Of a DNA stretch of 64,000 nt, positions 28,092 to 37,837 are shown piece after piece (position 1 is the first letter of the stretch; each line of letters begins with the position of its first letter). A model generated the notes under the pieces. The model was not told where the DNA came from and made no database searches. It saw only the letters and a list, made by a program, of their open reading frames with translations. Both the position numbers and the translations under genes were made by a program. This DNA comes from Sutterellaceae bacterium UBA7131. GTDB taxonomy: Bacteria > Pseudomonadota > Gammaproteobacteria > Burkholderiales > Burkholderiaceae_F. The stretch is taken from the NCBI GenBank assembly GCA_002492145.1, contig DKXH01000047.1, positions 19,007 to 83,006 of the forward strand, read 5' to 3'.

Positions 28092-29398
28092 GCATTAGAA
28101 GATTGAATACACAGCAGCCCGATTTCGCGGCCAAATTCTCTGAGCTTGTTGCAGTCGACAGCTCTGTTGATCCCGAAATCACACGCCGCGCCGAAGCCAT
28201 CGTTCAGGATGTCCGCGCCAGAGGGGACGAGGCCGTCCTTGAGTACACCAATCGTTTCGACCATATGGACGCCAAGAGCGTTGCCGAATTCCGTCTGACC
28301 GAAGACGACCTGAAAGAAGCTCTTGAAACGCTTCCGAAAGACCAGAAAGACGCCCTGACTCAGGCTGCTCAACGTATCCGCGAGTTCCACGAACACGAAC
28401 TCGGACAGAGCTGGTCCATTACGGAAGAAGACGGAACAAAGCTCGGCATCCGCTACATTCCGCTCGATTCCGTCGGTCTCTATGTTCCTGGCGGTAAAGC
28501 CGCGTACCCGTCTTCCGTTCTGATGAACGCCATGCCTGCTCACGTTGCCGGCTGCAAGAAGATTGTGATGGTTGTTCCGACTCCGGGCGGCAAACCCAAT
28601 CAGCTCGTTCTTGCCGCGGCCTGCCTGGCCGGCGTTAAAGAGTGCTACACCATCGGCGGCGCGCAAGCCATTGCCGCTTTGGCTTACGGCACGGAAACTA
28701 TTCCTGCCGTTGACAAGATCGTCGGACCGGGCAACGCCTACGTGGCTGCTGCCAAGCGCTATGTGTTCGGTACCGTCGGCATTGATATGATCGCCGGTCC
28801 TTCTGAAATTCTGGTGATTTGCGACGGTAAGACCAATCCTGACTGGATTGCTATGGATCTTTTCAGCCAGGCAGAACATGACGAATTGGCTCAGGCAATT
28901 TTGCTGACCGATGACGCCGAATTTGCCGACAAAGTGGCCGAATCCATTGATCGTCAGATCAAAGGCATGTCCCGCAAAGACATCATTTCCGCTTCGCTCA
29001 ATAACCGCGGTGCCATCATCGTGACGCGTTCCATTGAAGAAGCCTGCAAGGTTGCCGATACGATCGCTCCCGAACACTTGGAACTCTCTGTTCAGGACGC
29101 CGACAAATACATTGACCAGATTCACCACGCCGGTGCGCTCTTCGTCGGCCCTTACACTTGCGAAGCTTTAGGCGACTACTGTGCCGGCCCGAACCATGTT
29201 CTTCCGACCTCCCGCACCGCCCGCTATTCTTCCCCGCTCGGTGTTTGGGACTTCCAGAAACGCATGAGCGTTTTGAAGGTCAGCAAACACGGCGCAGAAA
29301 AACTCGGCCGTATTGCCGACGTGCTTGCCCGCGGCGAATTCCTGACGGCCCACGCTGCCAGCGCCATGTACCGCGTTCACGATCTGGAAAAGAAATAA
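28088..29398 (+). CDS. hisD: Histidinol dehydrogenase
   Basis: 436 aa with the motifs [13 protein letters not shown] and SQAEHD. Confidence 0.95.
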   Translation: MSIRRLNTQQPDFAAKFSELVAVDSSVDPEITRRAEAIVQDVRARGDEAVLEYTNRFDHMDAKSVAEFRLTEDDLKEALETLPKDQKDALTQAAQRIREFHEHELGQSWSITEEDGTKLGIRYIPLDSVGLYVPGGKAAYPSSVLMNAMPAHVAGCKKIVMVVPTPGGKPNQLVLAAACLAGVKECYTIGGAQAIAALAYGTETIPAVDKIVGPGNAYVAAAKRYVFGTVGIDMIAGPSEILVICDGKTNPDWIAMDLFSQAEHDELAQAILLTDDAEFADKVAESIDRQIKGMSRKDIISASLNNRGAIIVTRSIEEACKVADTIAPEHLELSVQDADKYIDQIHHAGALFVGPYTCEALGDYCAGPNHVLPTSRTARYSSPLGVWDFQKRMSVLKVSKHGAEKLGRIADVLARGEFLTAHAASAMYRVHDLEKK

Positions 29399-29408
29399 GG
29401 ATTTCATC

Positions 29409-29999
29409 ATGACGAGACGAGCCGATGTAAAGCGTCAGACGGCAGAAACATCGATCCTGGTATCGATGGATCTTGACGGCACCGGTAAAGCTGATATTCG
29501 TACGGGTATCGGATTCTTCGACCACATGCTGCACCAGATTGCACGCCACGGCCAAATCGATTTAACCGTGATGTGCGACGGTGATCTTCATATCGACGGA
29601 CACCACTCCGTTGAAGATATTGGAATCGCGATGGGCCAGTGTCTGGCCAAAGCATTAGGCGACAAAGCCGGAATCACACGTTTCGGCTCTGCCTACGTGC
29701 CGCTTGATGAAGCGCTCTCACGCACGGTTTTGGATATCTCGGGCCGTCCTTATTTGGTCTGGAATGTCGATTTCACTGCCGCGATGATCGGCGAATTTGA
29801 TACCCAGTTGCCGAGAGAGTTCTTCCTGGCGCTCGCGAACAATGCCCGCATCACGCTCCACATTGACAATCTGCGCGGCATCAACGCTCATCATCAGTGC
29901 GAGTCCGTCTTTAAGTCCTTCGGCCGCGCGCTGCGCATGGCCTGCGAGTACGATCCCCGCGCCCGCAACGTTATCCCGTCCACAAAAGGTGTGTTATGA
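29409..29999 (+). CDS. hisB: Imidazoleglycerol-phosphate dehydratase
   Basis: 196 aa with the motifs GIGFFDHML and DGHHSVED. Confidence 0.93.
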   Translation: MTRRADVKRQTAETSILVSMDLDGTGKADIRTGIGFFDHMLHQIARHGQIDLTVMCDGDLHIDGHHSVEDIGIAMGQCLAKALGDKAGITRFGSAYVPLDEALSRTVLDISGRPYLVWNVDFTAAMIGEFDTQLPREFFLALANNARITLHIDNLRGINAHHQCESVFKSFGRALRMACEYDPRARNVIPSTKGVL

Positions 30000-30631
30000 A
30001 AATAGCCATCGTTGACTACGGCTCCGGCAATCTGCGCAGCGTCAGCAAAGCCATTGAAAAAATTGCACCGATCAGCACGCAGGTGCTGGTCACCGGTGAC
30101 CCCGAAGAGGTTCTGAAAGCAGACCGTGTGGTCTTCCCCGGACAGGGCGCGATGCCCGACTGCATGAAGAATCTTCGCACGACCGGTATGGAAGAAGCGG
30201 TGCGTGACGCGATCCGAAACAAACCGTTCTTTGCCGTTTGTGTGGGCGAGCAGATGCTCTTCGAACACAGTGAAGAAGGCGATACGCCGGGCCTGGGCAT
30301 TTTCCCGGGCGACGTCGTTCGCTTTGCTTCCGACCGTGTGGATCAAACTGGCGCACGCCTCAAAGTTCCTCAGATGGGCTGGAACCAGGTGACGCAGACC
30401 CGCGAACATCCCATGTGGAACGGTATCACCAACGGTGCTTGGTTTTATTTTGTTCACAGCTATTACGCCAAACCGACAGAAGCAGACTTGACCGTCGGAA
30501 CGACGTTCTACGGCGAGGAAGTCACCGTGGCTGTCGCCCGCGACAACGTTTTTGCAACGCAGTTCCATCCTGAAAAAAGCGCTGCAGCCGGTTTAGCTCT
30601 CTACCAAAACTTTTTGACTTGGAATCCTTAA
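29996..30631 (+). CDS. hisH: Imidazole glycerol phosphate synthase, glutaminase subunit
   Basis: 211 aa. [10 protein letters not shown] at the N-terminus and [10 protein letters not shown] at the C-terminus. Confidence 0.93.
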   Translation: MKIAIVDYGSGNLRSVSKAIEKIAPISTQVLVTGDPEEVLKADRVVFPGQGAMPDCMKNLRTTGMEEAVRDAIRNKPFFAVCVGEQMLFEHSEEGDTPGLGIFPGDVVRFASDRVDQTGARLKVPQMGWNQVTQTREHPMWNGITNGAWFYFVHSYYAKPTEADLTVGTTFYGEEVTVAVARDNVFATQFHPEKSAAAGLALYQNFLTWNP

Positions 30632-30643
30632 CGAGTATTTATC

Positions 30644-31417
30644 ATGTTGTTAATTCCCGCTATTGACATTAAAGACGGGCACTGTGTTCGTCTTCGCCAG
30701 GGAGATTTAACTTCCAACATTACTGTCTTCAATACCGACCCCGTTGCTCAGGCCCGTCATTGGGTTGAACTCGGCGCCGAACGTCTGCATCTGGTTGACT
30801 TGGATGCGGCCAGAAGCGGAAAGCCCGTGAACCTTTCCGTGATCCGCAAGATCTGCAGTGAATTCGCAGAAGACGTTGAAATTGAAGTCGGCGGCGGTAT
30901 GCGCACGCTGGAACGCGTCGGCGAAGTGCTCGACCTCGGCGTGGACTATGTCGTGATCGGAACGGCTGCCGTGAAAGCTCCGGGATTCCTGCATGACGTC
31001 TGCAGTGAGTACGGCGGCAGCGTCATTGTTTCCTTGGATGCCAAAGACGGTATGGTTATGACCGACGGCTGGACAAAGAACACTGGACACTCTGCCACTG
31101 ACTTAGCTAAGAAATTCGAAGGCTACGGTGTGGATGCCATTCTTTACACCGACATCAGCCGTGACGGCATGCTTACCGGCTGCAACGTTGAAGCCACGGC
31201 CGAATTAGCCAGCCAGCTGTCTATTCCCGTTATTGCTTCCGGCGGTATCCGAGACCTGGATGACATCCGCAAGCTGCTTGCCGTTGAAGACGACGGCGTG
31301 ACGATGGCGATTTTGGGCCGCTCTCTTTACGAAGGTACCTTGGACTTCACACAGGCGCTTGATTTAGTCGAGGCGACAGAAGCCGCAAAAGACAATCAGG
31401 CCAATAACGAAGGATAA
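30644..31417 (+). CDS. hisA: ProFAR isomerase
   Basis: 257 aa with the N-terminus [15 protein letters not shown]. Confidence 0.93.
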   Translation: MLLIPAIDIKDGHCVRLRQGDLTSNITVFNTDPVAQARHWVELGAERLHLVDLDAARSGKPVNLSVIRKICSEFAEDVEIEVGGGMRTLERVGEVLDLGVDYVVIGTAAVKAPGFLHDVCSEYGGSVIVSLDAKDGMVMTDGWTKNTGHSATDLAKKFEGYGVDAILYTDISRDGMLTGCNVEATAELASQLSIPVIASGGIRDLDDIRKLLAVEDDGVTMAILGRSLYEGTLDFTQALDLVEATEAAKDNQANNEG

Positions 31418-31421
31418 ATTC

Positions 31422-32183
31422 ATGCTCGCAAAACGCATCATTCCGTGCTTAGACGTGACCGGCGGCCGCGTGGTCAAGGGAACGAATTTCGTCGACCTGA
31501 GAGACGCCGGAGATCCGGTGGAAATTGCTCGCCGATACGATGAGCAGGGCGCCGATGAACTGACCTTTCTGGATATCACGGCGACTTCGGACGAAAGAGA
31601 TCTGATTCTCAAAGTGATTGAGGACGTTGCGGCTCAGGTCTTTATTCCGTTGACCGTCGGCGGAGGGGTGCGTAAAGCGGAAGATGTTCGCCGTTTATTA
31701 AATGCCGGTGCGGATAAAGTCTCGATTAACTCCGCGGGCGTCAATAATCCCGATTTGATTGCCGAGGCCTCTTCGATTTACGGCAGTCAGGCCATTGTGG
31801 TTGCCATTGATGCTAAGCGCAGAAGCGACGGCACGTGGGAGGTTTATACCCGCGGCGGCAGAACGCCGACAGGCATTGATGCGGTTGAGTGGGCAAAGAA
31901 AGTTGAAAAGCTCGGCGCCGGCGAAATTCTTCTCACCAGCATGGACGGCGACGGAACGAAAGCCGGATTTGATCTGGAACTGACACGCGCTGTGAGCGAC
32001 TCGGTTTCGATCCCGGTGATTGCCTCCGGCGGCGTCGGAAATCTCCAGCATTTGGTTGACGGCATTGTTGAAGGTCATGCCGATGCGGTACTCGCCGCTT
32101 CGATTTTCCACTTTGGCGAATACACCATCGAAGAAGCCAAGCGCTATATGCAGGAGCGCGGTATTCCTGTCCGTCTTGACTAA
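31422..32183 (+). CDS. hisF: Imidazole glycerol phosphate synthase, cyclase subunit
   Basis: 253 aa with the motifs [10 protein letters not shown] and SGGVG. Confidence 0.95.
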   Translation: MLAKRIIPCLDVTGGRVVKGTNFVDLRDAGDPVEIARRYDEQGADELTFLDITATSDERDLILKVIEDVAAQVFIPLTVGGGVRKAEDVRRLLNAGADKVSINSAGVNNPDLIAEASSIYGSQAIVVAIDAKRRSDGTWEVYTRGGRTPTGIDAVEWAKKVEKLGAGEILLTSMDGDGTKAGFDLELTRAVSDSVSIPVIASGGVGNLQHLVDGIVEGHADAVLAASIFHFGEYTIEEAKRYMQERGIPVRLD

Positions 32184-32197
32184 GGATCGTTTCGAGA

Positions 32198-32584
32198 ATG
32201 ATTGAAGAAGTCCGCTTTAACTTAGACGGTCTGGTTCCCGTGATAGCACAGGACGCCCATGACGGTACGATTCTGATGCTTGCCTGGGCGAATAAAGAAG
32301 CCTTGGAAGAGACGCTCAGGACCGGATTCGGTACTTATTTTTCTCGCTCTCGCCAAAAGCTTTGGCGTAAAGGCGAAGAGAGCGGCAATCGTCAGAAAAT
32401 TTTTGAGATTTTGCTCGACTGTGACGGTGATTCCGTTATCTACAAGGTCGAACAAAAAGGAAATATTGCCTGTCACACCGGCCATAGAAGCTGCTTTTAC
32501 CGCAGCTGGGACGGTAAAGACTGGAAAGAGAATGCTCCTGTCCTGAAGTCTCCGGAAGAGATGTACGGCAAGGGACATCACTAA
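32198..32584 (+). CDS. hisI: Phosphoribosyl-AMP cyclohydrolase
   Basis: 128 aa with the motifs LVPVIAQD and ACHTGHRSCF. Confidence 0.9.
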   Translation: MIEEVRFNLDGLVPVIAQDAHDGTILMLAWANKEALEETLRTGFGTYFSRSRQKLWRKGEESGNRQKIFEILLDCDGDSVIYKVEQKGNIACHTGHRSCFYRSWDGKDWKENAPVLKSPEEMYGKGHH

Positions 32585-32595
32585 AGGAATAAAAA

Positions 32596-32922
32596 ATGGA
32601 ACGAGTTCCTGTAATCAGCGAAATTGCCGATGTCATCGATAGCCGCAAAGGCGGAGATCCTAAGGTTAGTTACGTTGCTAAATTATTTTCGAAAGCACCC
32701 GATGCCGCATTAAAGAAGGTCGGTGAGGAAGCTACCGAGGTCGTGATGGCCGCAAAAGACGGCGATCGCGACCATCTGATCTACGAAACGGCCGATCTCT
32801 GGTTTCATTCCATGGTTGTGCTCTCCCAGGCCGGAATCCGTCCTGAAGAAGTGCTGCAGGAGCTCGCCCGCAGAGAAGGAACCTCAGGTTTGGTCGAAAA
32901 AGCGAATCGAAAAGAATCGTGA
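32596..32922 (+). CDS. hisE: Phosphoribosyl-ATP pyrophosphatase
   Basis: 108 aa, MazG-like (SYVAKLF...EEATEV..A...E.ADLWFH). Confidence 0.9.
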   Translation: MERVPVISEIADVIDSRKGGDPKVSYVAKLFSKAPDAALKKVGEEATEVVMAAKDGDRDHLIYETADLWFHSMVVLSQAGIRPEEVLQELARREGTSGLVEKANRKES

Positions 32923-33013
32923 GAAAGCGTTAATGAGAACCCTATGGTAGGGTTATCCATATTGAGCCGACGGCTGAATTCTTTAAAAATATAAAAGTAA
33001 CTTGGAGAATGGT

Positions 33014-33358
33014 ATGCAAAAGGAAGATTGCCTTTTTTGCAAAATCGCAAGGGGAGAGATCCCTTCCCAGAAAGTTTATGAAGATGACGAAGTGATTGCC
33101 TTTAAAGACATTCACCCTGCTGCGCCTGTTCATCTCCTGATTATCCCCAAACAGCATTACGACTCTTTGGCTGTCATGGGCAAAGCAGAAGAGCCGCTTT
33201 TAGGTAAAATGCTGGCTTTAGCGCCTGTGTTGGCAAAAGAAGCGGGTGCAAATAACGGCTTCCGCGTTGTGATCAACACCGGACATGACGGTGGTCAGGA
33301 AGTAAATCATATTCACGTACATGTCTTGGGCGGCCCGCGTCCTTGGACAAAACTCTAG
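33014..33358 (+). CDS. HIT-family nucleotide hydrolase/transferase
   Basis: CLFCKI followed by the histidine triad HIHVHVLGG. The ATG at 33014 has a GGAGAA Shine-Dalgarno sequence; the track ORF begins at a TTG at 33002. Confidence 0.85.
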   Translation: MQKEDCLFCKIARGEIPSQKVYEDDEVIAFKDIHPAAPVHLLIIPKQHYDSLAVMGKAEEPLLGKMLALAPVLAKEAGANNGFRVVINTGHDGGQEVNHIHVHVLGGPRPWTKL

Positions 33359-33367
33359 GAGTAAAAA

Positions 33368-33607
33368 ATGGGTTCTCTTTCCATCTGGCATTGGTTAGTT
33401 GTGCTGGTTATCGTTGTTCTGATTTTCGGTACCAGCAAACTTAAGAACATGGGCAAAGACCTCGGCGGCGCCGTTAAGGGCTTCAAAGAAGGTATGAAGG
33501 AAGCTCAGGACGAACCGGCTAAACCGGCTCAAGTTGCCGACCAGAAACCGGCTGAAGCACCTGCTGCTAAAGAAGAAGCTAAACCTGAAGAAAAGAAACA
33601 GGCTTAA
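33368..33607 (+). CDS. tatA: Twin-arginine translocase subunit TatA
   Basis: 79 aa with the motif [21 protein letters not shown]. Confidence 0.92.
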   Translation: MGSLSIWHWLVVLVIVVLIFGTSKLKNMGKDLGGAVKGFKEGMKEAQDEPAKPAQVADQKPAEAPAAKEEAKPEEKKQA

Positions 33608-33628
33608 TTCAAACACGATTGAGTACAT

Positions 33629-34411
33629 ATGCTTGATTTAAGCATGGGCGAAATCGGGGTCATCGCGGCCATCGCGTTGGTCGTCCTCGGCCCCGACAAA
33701 CTCCCTCAGGTAGCAAAGACTGCGGGCTCTCTTATGGGGAAAGCCCAGAGATTCGTCTCGCAGGTTAAAAACGATATCGACAAAGAGGTCGAACTTTCTG
33801 AACTGAAAAAGATTCAGGAGGACGCCAAGAAGATGGCGAGCGACCTTCAGTCGAGTCTGAAGAACACAACCGACTCTATTGAAAAACAGGTCAGCGATGT
33901 GCGGGACTCCGTCACTTCCGCCGGCCAGGAAGTCAAGTCCACGATGGACAACGCTTCCAAGGAGCTTAAGGATCAGTGGATGGAATCCACCGCTCCGAAA
34001 GCCGAGCTTTCAATGGAGAACATCGTAGACGGTACTGCTAAGACCGAAACTGCTTCGACCTCTGTCGCTGCCGGTCAGGGCAAGAACGCCGCCTGGGAAA
34101 ATCTCGACAAGTCGGTCGACACCTCTATGCTGGAAAAGGCATTTGACTGGGGTGCATCCGACATCAAACCGACGTTGCCTCAGGAACTGAGCGGCCCGGC
34201 TCCTACTGTCGACTCCTACAATTTCGGACAAGCGCCGGCCAATGCGCCGATGGCCGACCCCAACGCTCCTACGCTTGCCGACTTAATGCGTGAAATCAAT
34301 GCGCTCAAGCAGCAGGTTGAGGCTCAGAAGGTCGCTTCTGTTTCCAAGACCGGCGCCGGACGCTTTGCGCCGCGCAGTCATGTTAACAAAACCCGTATTT
34401 CACGCGTTTAA
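33629..34411 (+). CDS. tatB: Twin-arginine translocase subunit TatB
   Basis: 260 aa. N-terminus GEIGVIAAIALVVLGPDKLP. Unusually long, low-complexity C-terminal region. Confidence 0.85.
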   Translation: MLDLSMGEIGVIAAIALVVLGPDKLPQVAKTAGSLMGKAQRFVSQVKNDIDKEVELSELKKIQEDAKKMASDLQSSLKNTTDSIEKQVSDVRDSVTSAGQEVKSTMDNASKELKDQWMESTAPKAELSMENIVDGTAKTETASTSVAAGQGKNAAWENLDKSVDTSMLEKAFDWGASDIKPTLPQELSGPAPTVDSYNFGQAPANAPMADPNAPTLADLMREINALKQQVEAQKVASVSKTGAGRFAPRSHVNKTRISRV

Positions 34412-34414
34412 ATA

Positions 34415-35206
34415 ATGAGTGATAAAGATTTGGTAGAACGCCCGGAAGACGGGCCGGAAGATGACCGCGAGCAGACACTCGTCGCTCATTTAATTGAGCT
34501 TCGCTCCCGTATTGTCCGTATGGCTGTGTCGGTTCTGCTGGTTTTTGCCTGCTTGTCGCCGTTCATGAAGCAGATTTTCGACTACCTGAGTAAGCCGCTG
34601 ATGGTGGCTTTGCCTCAGGGCGCAAAACTGCTGGCCACCGGTGTGATCGCACCGTTTATGGTGCCTTTGAAAGTGACGCTGTTCGTCGCTTTCGTGATTG
34701 CACTGCCTTATGTGCTGTGGCAGCTCTGGGGCTTTATCGCTCCGGGACTTTATCGAAAAGAGAAGAAACTTGCCGCTCCGATCATTATTTCGAGTTTGGT
34801 GATGTTCTTCCTCGGAATGGCTTACTGCTATTTCATTGTGTTCCGTATGGTGTTCCAGTTCATTGCCGGATTCTCCCCGAACTCTGTGAACTTCGCACCA
34901 GACATTGATTCGTACTTTAGCTTTGTGCTGGCGCTCTTCTTAGCGTTTGGTTTAACGTTTGAAGTGCCGATCATTGTGGTTGTCTTGAACCGCATGGGCA
35001 TTACTTCGATTTCAAAGCTGAAGAAGGCGCGTCCTTATATGGTTGTCGGCGCTTTCGTCCTAGCTGCCATTGTGACGCCGCCGGATGTTCTTTCTCAGTG
35101 CTTGCTGGCTTTGCCGCTGGTGATTCTGTATCAGGTCGGCATTTGGCTATGTGCCGTATTCGGTAAGAAGGATGAGCCTGAAGAAGAAAACGCAGAGTCA
35201 TCCTAA
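34415..35206 (+). CDS. tatC: Twin-arginine translocase subunit TatC
   Basis: 263-aa six-TM protein with the motifs HLIELRSR and PPDVLSQ. Confidence 0.93.
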   Translation: MSDKDLVERPEDGPEDDREQTLVAHLIELRSRIVRMAVSVLLVFACLSPFMKQIFDYLSKPLMVALPQGAKLLATGVIAPFMVPLKVTLFVAFVIALPYVLWQLWGFIAPGLYRKEKKLAAPIIISSLVMFFLGMAYCYFIVFRMVFQFIAGFSPNSVNFAPDIDSYFSFVLALFLAFGLTFEVPIIVVVLNRMGITSISKLKKARPYMVVGAFVLAAIVTPPDVLSQCLLALPLVILYQVGIWLCAVFGKKDEPEEENAESS

Positions 35207-35216
35207 ATAAGGAATG

Positions 35217-35249
35217 AGAGCGGGCCGATTGGTCCGCTCTTTATGTTTG
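35217..35249 (+). terminator. Rho-independent terminator after tatC
   Basis: AGAGCGGGCC-gatt-GGTCCGCTCT followed by TTATGTTT. Confidence 0.6.
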
Positions 35250-35447
35250 AGTGTAAAAATCTTCAACACCAATAACAACAATTTTAGATCGTTGTTTCAA
35301 GAAGCCTTTCGGTCATAACTAAAAACATCTTAGGCGCCATACCTACGTTACGGTTTTTTCACTATTAATCTATAATTTTTTCACGAATAGACAGTGAGAT
35401 AACACTGTTAGGTGAATTTAGAATAACGTGGGTGCTTATAAAGACCG

Positions 35448-36137
35448 ATGACTCCGACGGATATCAAACCGTTTACTAAAGAAGATCTCGAGAAGGCTGA
35501 TGTGCAGCTGCTTCGTGACGGTCGATGGGGAAATGCTCGAGTGTCTGTAGCTAACGTCAATGGTGAGCGCTGGACGATCAAAGATTTTTCCAATCGACAC
35601 TGGCTTGTTAAAAACAGCTTTGCAAAGTTTGTGCTCTGGCGCGAACTAAAAGCGGTTCGTAAGCTTCACGGCCTCGAAGGTGTTCCGACGGAAGCCTTTA
35701 TGGTGACGCCGCACATGCTTGCAATTGAATACATTCCCGGACGAGTTCTGAATCGTGTTCCGAAAGAAGAAGTTTCCCCGGCCTTCTTGGAAGAGTGCGA
35801 AGAGATTATTCGATCGATCCATGCCCGGCATCTGGTTCATTTGGATACTCGCGGAACCAGCAATTGGGTGATGCAGGTAAACGGAAAGCCCGCGTTGATT
35901 GATTTTCAAGCCAGCGTGGATACGCAGGGTCTTCCAAAAAAAATTCGTTCTTTTATGGAAGACATGGATATCGGCGGTGTTTATAAGAAGTGGAAGAAGT
36001 ATTGCCCGAAAGAGATGGGCGAATTTCGCGAAAAGGAAAACGAGCGCATTGCCAAACTTAGAAAGCTTTGGATTCTGCGCGGATACTTCGGCGTGAAAAA
36101 ACACAACGCCAAGCACGGCAAGCCGATTGATAACTAA
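35448..36137 (+). CDS. Protein-kinase-like fold protein (Kdo/LPS-kinase or RIO-like family)
   Basis: 229 aa. Catalytic-loop-like HLVHLDTRGTSNWV and DFG-like LIDFQ. Basic C-terminus. Confidence 0.5.
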   Translation: MTPTDIKPFTKEDLEKADVQLLRDGRWGNARVSVANVNGERWTIKDFSNRHWLVKNSFAKFVLWRELKAVRKLHGLEGVPTEAFMVTPHMLAIEYIPGRVLNRVPKEEVSPAFLEECEEIIRSIHARHLVHLDTRGTSNWVMQVNGKPALIDFQASVDTQGLPKKIRSFMEDMDIGGVYKKWKKYCPKEMGEFREKENERIAKLRKLWILRGYFGVKKHNAKHGKPIDN

Positions 36138-36167
36138 TTTATTAAGACTTATAACCAGCTTATTTTT

Positions 36168-37829
36168 ATGGCTCAATTTGTATACACAATGAACCGCGTG
36201 GGCAAAATTGTTCCGCCCAAGCGTCAAATTCTTAAAGACATTTCTTTGTCTTTCTTCCCGGGCGCCAAAATCGGCGTCTTAGGTTTAAACGGCGCCGGTA
36301 AATCTACGCTGCTCAAGATTATGGCCGGCGTGGACACCGAGATTGAAGGCGAAGCCATTCCGATGCCCGGCATCAAGATCGGCTACCTGCCTCAGGAACC
36401 GATTCTTGATCCTGAGAAAACCGTTCGCGAAACCGTTGCCGAAGGTTTAGGCGACATTTTCGACGCTCAGGAAAAACTGAACAAAGTTTATGAGGCTTAT
36501 GCCGATCCTGACGCTGATTTTGACGCCTTAGCTGCAGAGCAGGCTCGCCTGGAAGCTATCATCGCGACCGGGGGTACCAACGCTGATACGCAGATGGAAA
36601 TCGCGGCTGACGCACTTCGTCTTCCGCCTTGGGACGCTAAGATCGGCAATCTCTCCGGCGGTGAAAAGCGCCGTGTTGCACTCTGCCGTCTGCTGCTGTC
36701 CAAGCCGGATATGCTTCTTCTTGACGAACCGACCAACCACCTGGACGCAGAAAGTGTGGACTGGCTCGAACAGTTCCTCCAGCACTTCCCCGGAACTGTG
36801 GTTGCTGTGACCCACGACCGTTACTTCCTGGACAACGCTGCCGAGTGGATCCTTGAATTGGACCGCGGGCACGGTATCCCCTGGAAGGGCAACTATTCTT
36901 CCTGGCTTGATCAGAAAGAACAGCGCTTAGAGCTGGAACAGAAGAAAGAAGACGCCCGCATCAAGGCAATGAAGCACGAGCTTGAATGGGTTCGTCAGAA
37001 CGCCAAGGGCAGACAGGCCAAGAGCAAGGCTCGTCTGAACCGCTTCGAAGAAATGTCGAGCTACGAATATCAGAAGCGCAACGAGACCAACGAAATCTTC
37101 ATTCCGGTGGCTGACCGCCTCGGCGATAAAGTGATCGAATTCAAGAATGTTTCGAAGGGCTTCGGTGACCGTCTCCTGATTGACGACCTGAGCTTCTCCA
37201 TTCCTCCCGGAGCGATTGTCGGCGTGATCGGCCCGAACGGTGCTGGTAAATCCACGCTCTTCAAGATGATCACAGGTAAAGAAACACCGGATTCCGGCGA
37301 AATCGATATCGGACCGACCGTCAAACTCAGCGCTGTTTCTCAGACACGTGAGTCTCTTCCGAACGACAAGACCGTTTGGGAAGCTGTTTCCGACGGTTTG
37401 GATATCCTGAAGGTCGGTAAATTCGAAATGCCGAGCCGTGCTTATCTCGGCCGCTTCAACTTCAAGGGCGGAGATCAGCAGAAGATCGTCGGAACACTCT
37501 CCGGCGGTGAACGCGGACGTCTCCACATGGCTAAGACACTGCTTGCCGGCGGCAACGTTCTTCTTCTTGACGAGCCGTCTAACGACTTGGATGTTGAAAC
37601 ACTGCGTGCTTTGGAAGAAGCATTGCTGGAATTTGCGGGCTGCGCCATGGTCATTTCTCACGACCGCTGGTTCTTAGACCGTATCGCCACTCATATCCTG
37701 GCTTTTGAAGGCGACTCCAAGGTCGAGTTCTTTGCCGGCAACTACACTGAGTACGAAGCCGACAAGAAACGCAGACTCGGAGATGCAGCAACACCGCACA
37801 GACTGCGCTTCAAGCCGCTCAAACACTAA
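36168..37829 (+). CDS. ettA: ABC-F translational throttle protein EttA
   Basis: 553 aa. N-terminus MAQFVYTMNRVGKIVPPKR and two ABC cassettes. Confidence 0.93.
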   Translation: MAQFVYTMNRVGKIVPPKRQILKDISLSFFPGAKIGVLGLNGAGKSTLLKIMAGVDTEIEGEAIPMPGIKIGYLPQEPILDPEKTVRETVAEGLGDIFDAQEKLNKVYEAYADPDADFDALAAEQARLEAIIATGGTNADTQMEIAADALRLPPWDAKIGNLSGGEKRRVALCRLLLSKPDMLLLDEPTNHLDAESVDWLEQFLQHFPGTVVAVTHDRYFLDNAAEWILELDRGHGIPWKGNYSSWLDQKEQRLELEQKKEDARIKAMKHELEWVRQNAKGRQAKSKARLNRFEEMSSYEYQKRNETNEIFIPVADRLGDKVIEFKNVSKGFGDRLLIDDLSFSIPPGAIVGVIGPNGAGKSTLFKMITGKETPDSGEIDIGPTVKLSAVSQTRESLPNDKTVWEAVSDGLDILKVGKFEMPSRAYLGRFNFKGGDQQKIVGTLSGGERGRLHMAKTLLAGGNVLLLDEPSNDLDVETLRALEEALLEFAGCAMVISHDRWFLDRIATHILAFEGDSKVEFFAGNYTEYEADKKRRLGDAATPHRLRFKPLKH

Positions 37830-37837
37830 GAGTCGAT

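Noticed and set aside
27986-29128. 380-aa antisense ORF across hisD. Similar antisense ORFs lie over gltD (11646-12392), mlaC (16067-16747), bcsA (18292-19377), ettA (36927-37661), recA (54673-55500), sucC (56052-56714) and both terC copies.
   Set aside because: All overlap confidently identified genes on the other strand and lack recognisable motifs.
32938-32954. Short perfect hairpin AACCCTA-tgg-TAGGGTT between hisE and the HIT gene, considered as a terminator or REP element.
   Set aside because: It has no U tract, occurs once in the window, and sits within a probable operon. It is too weak to call.
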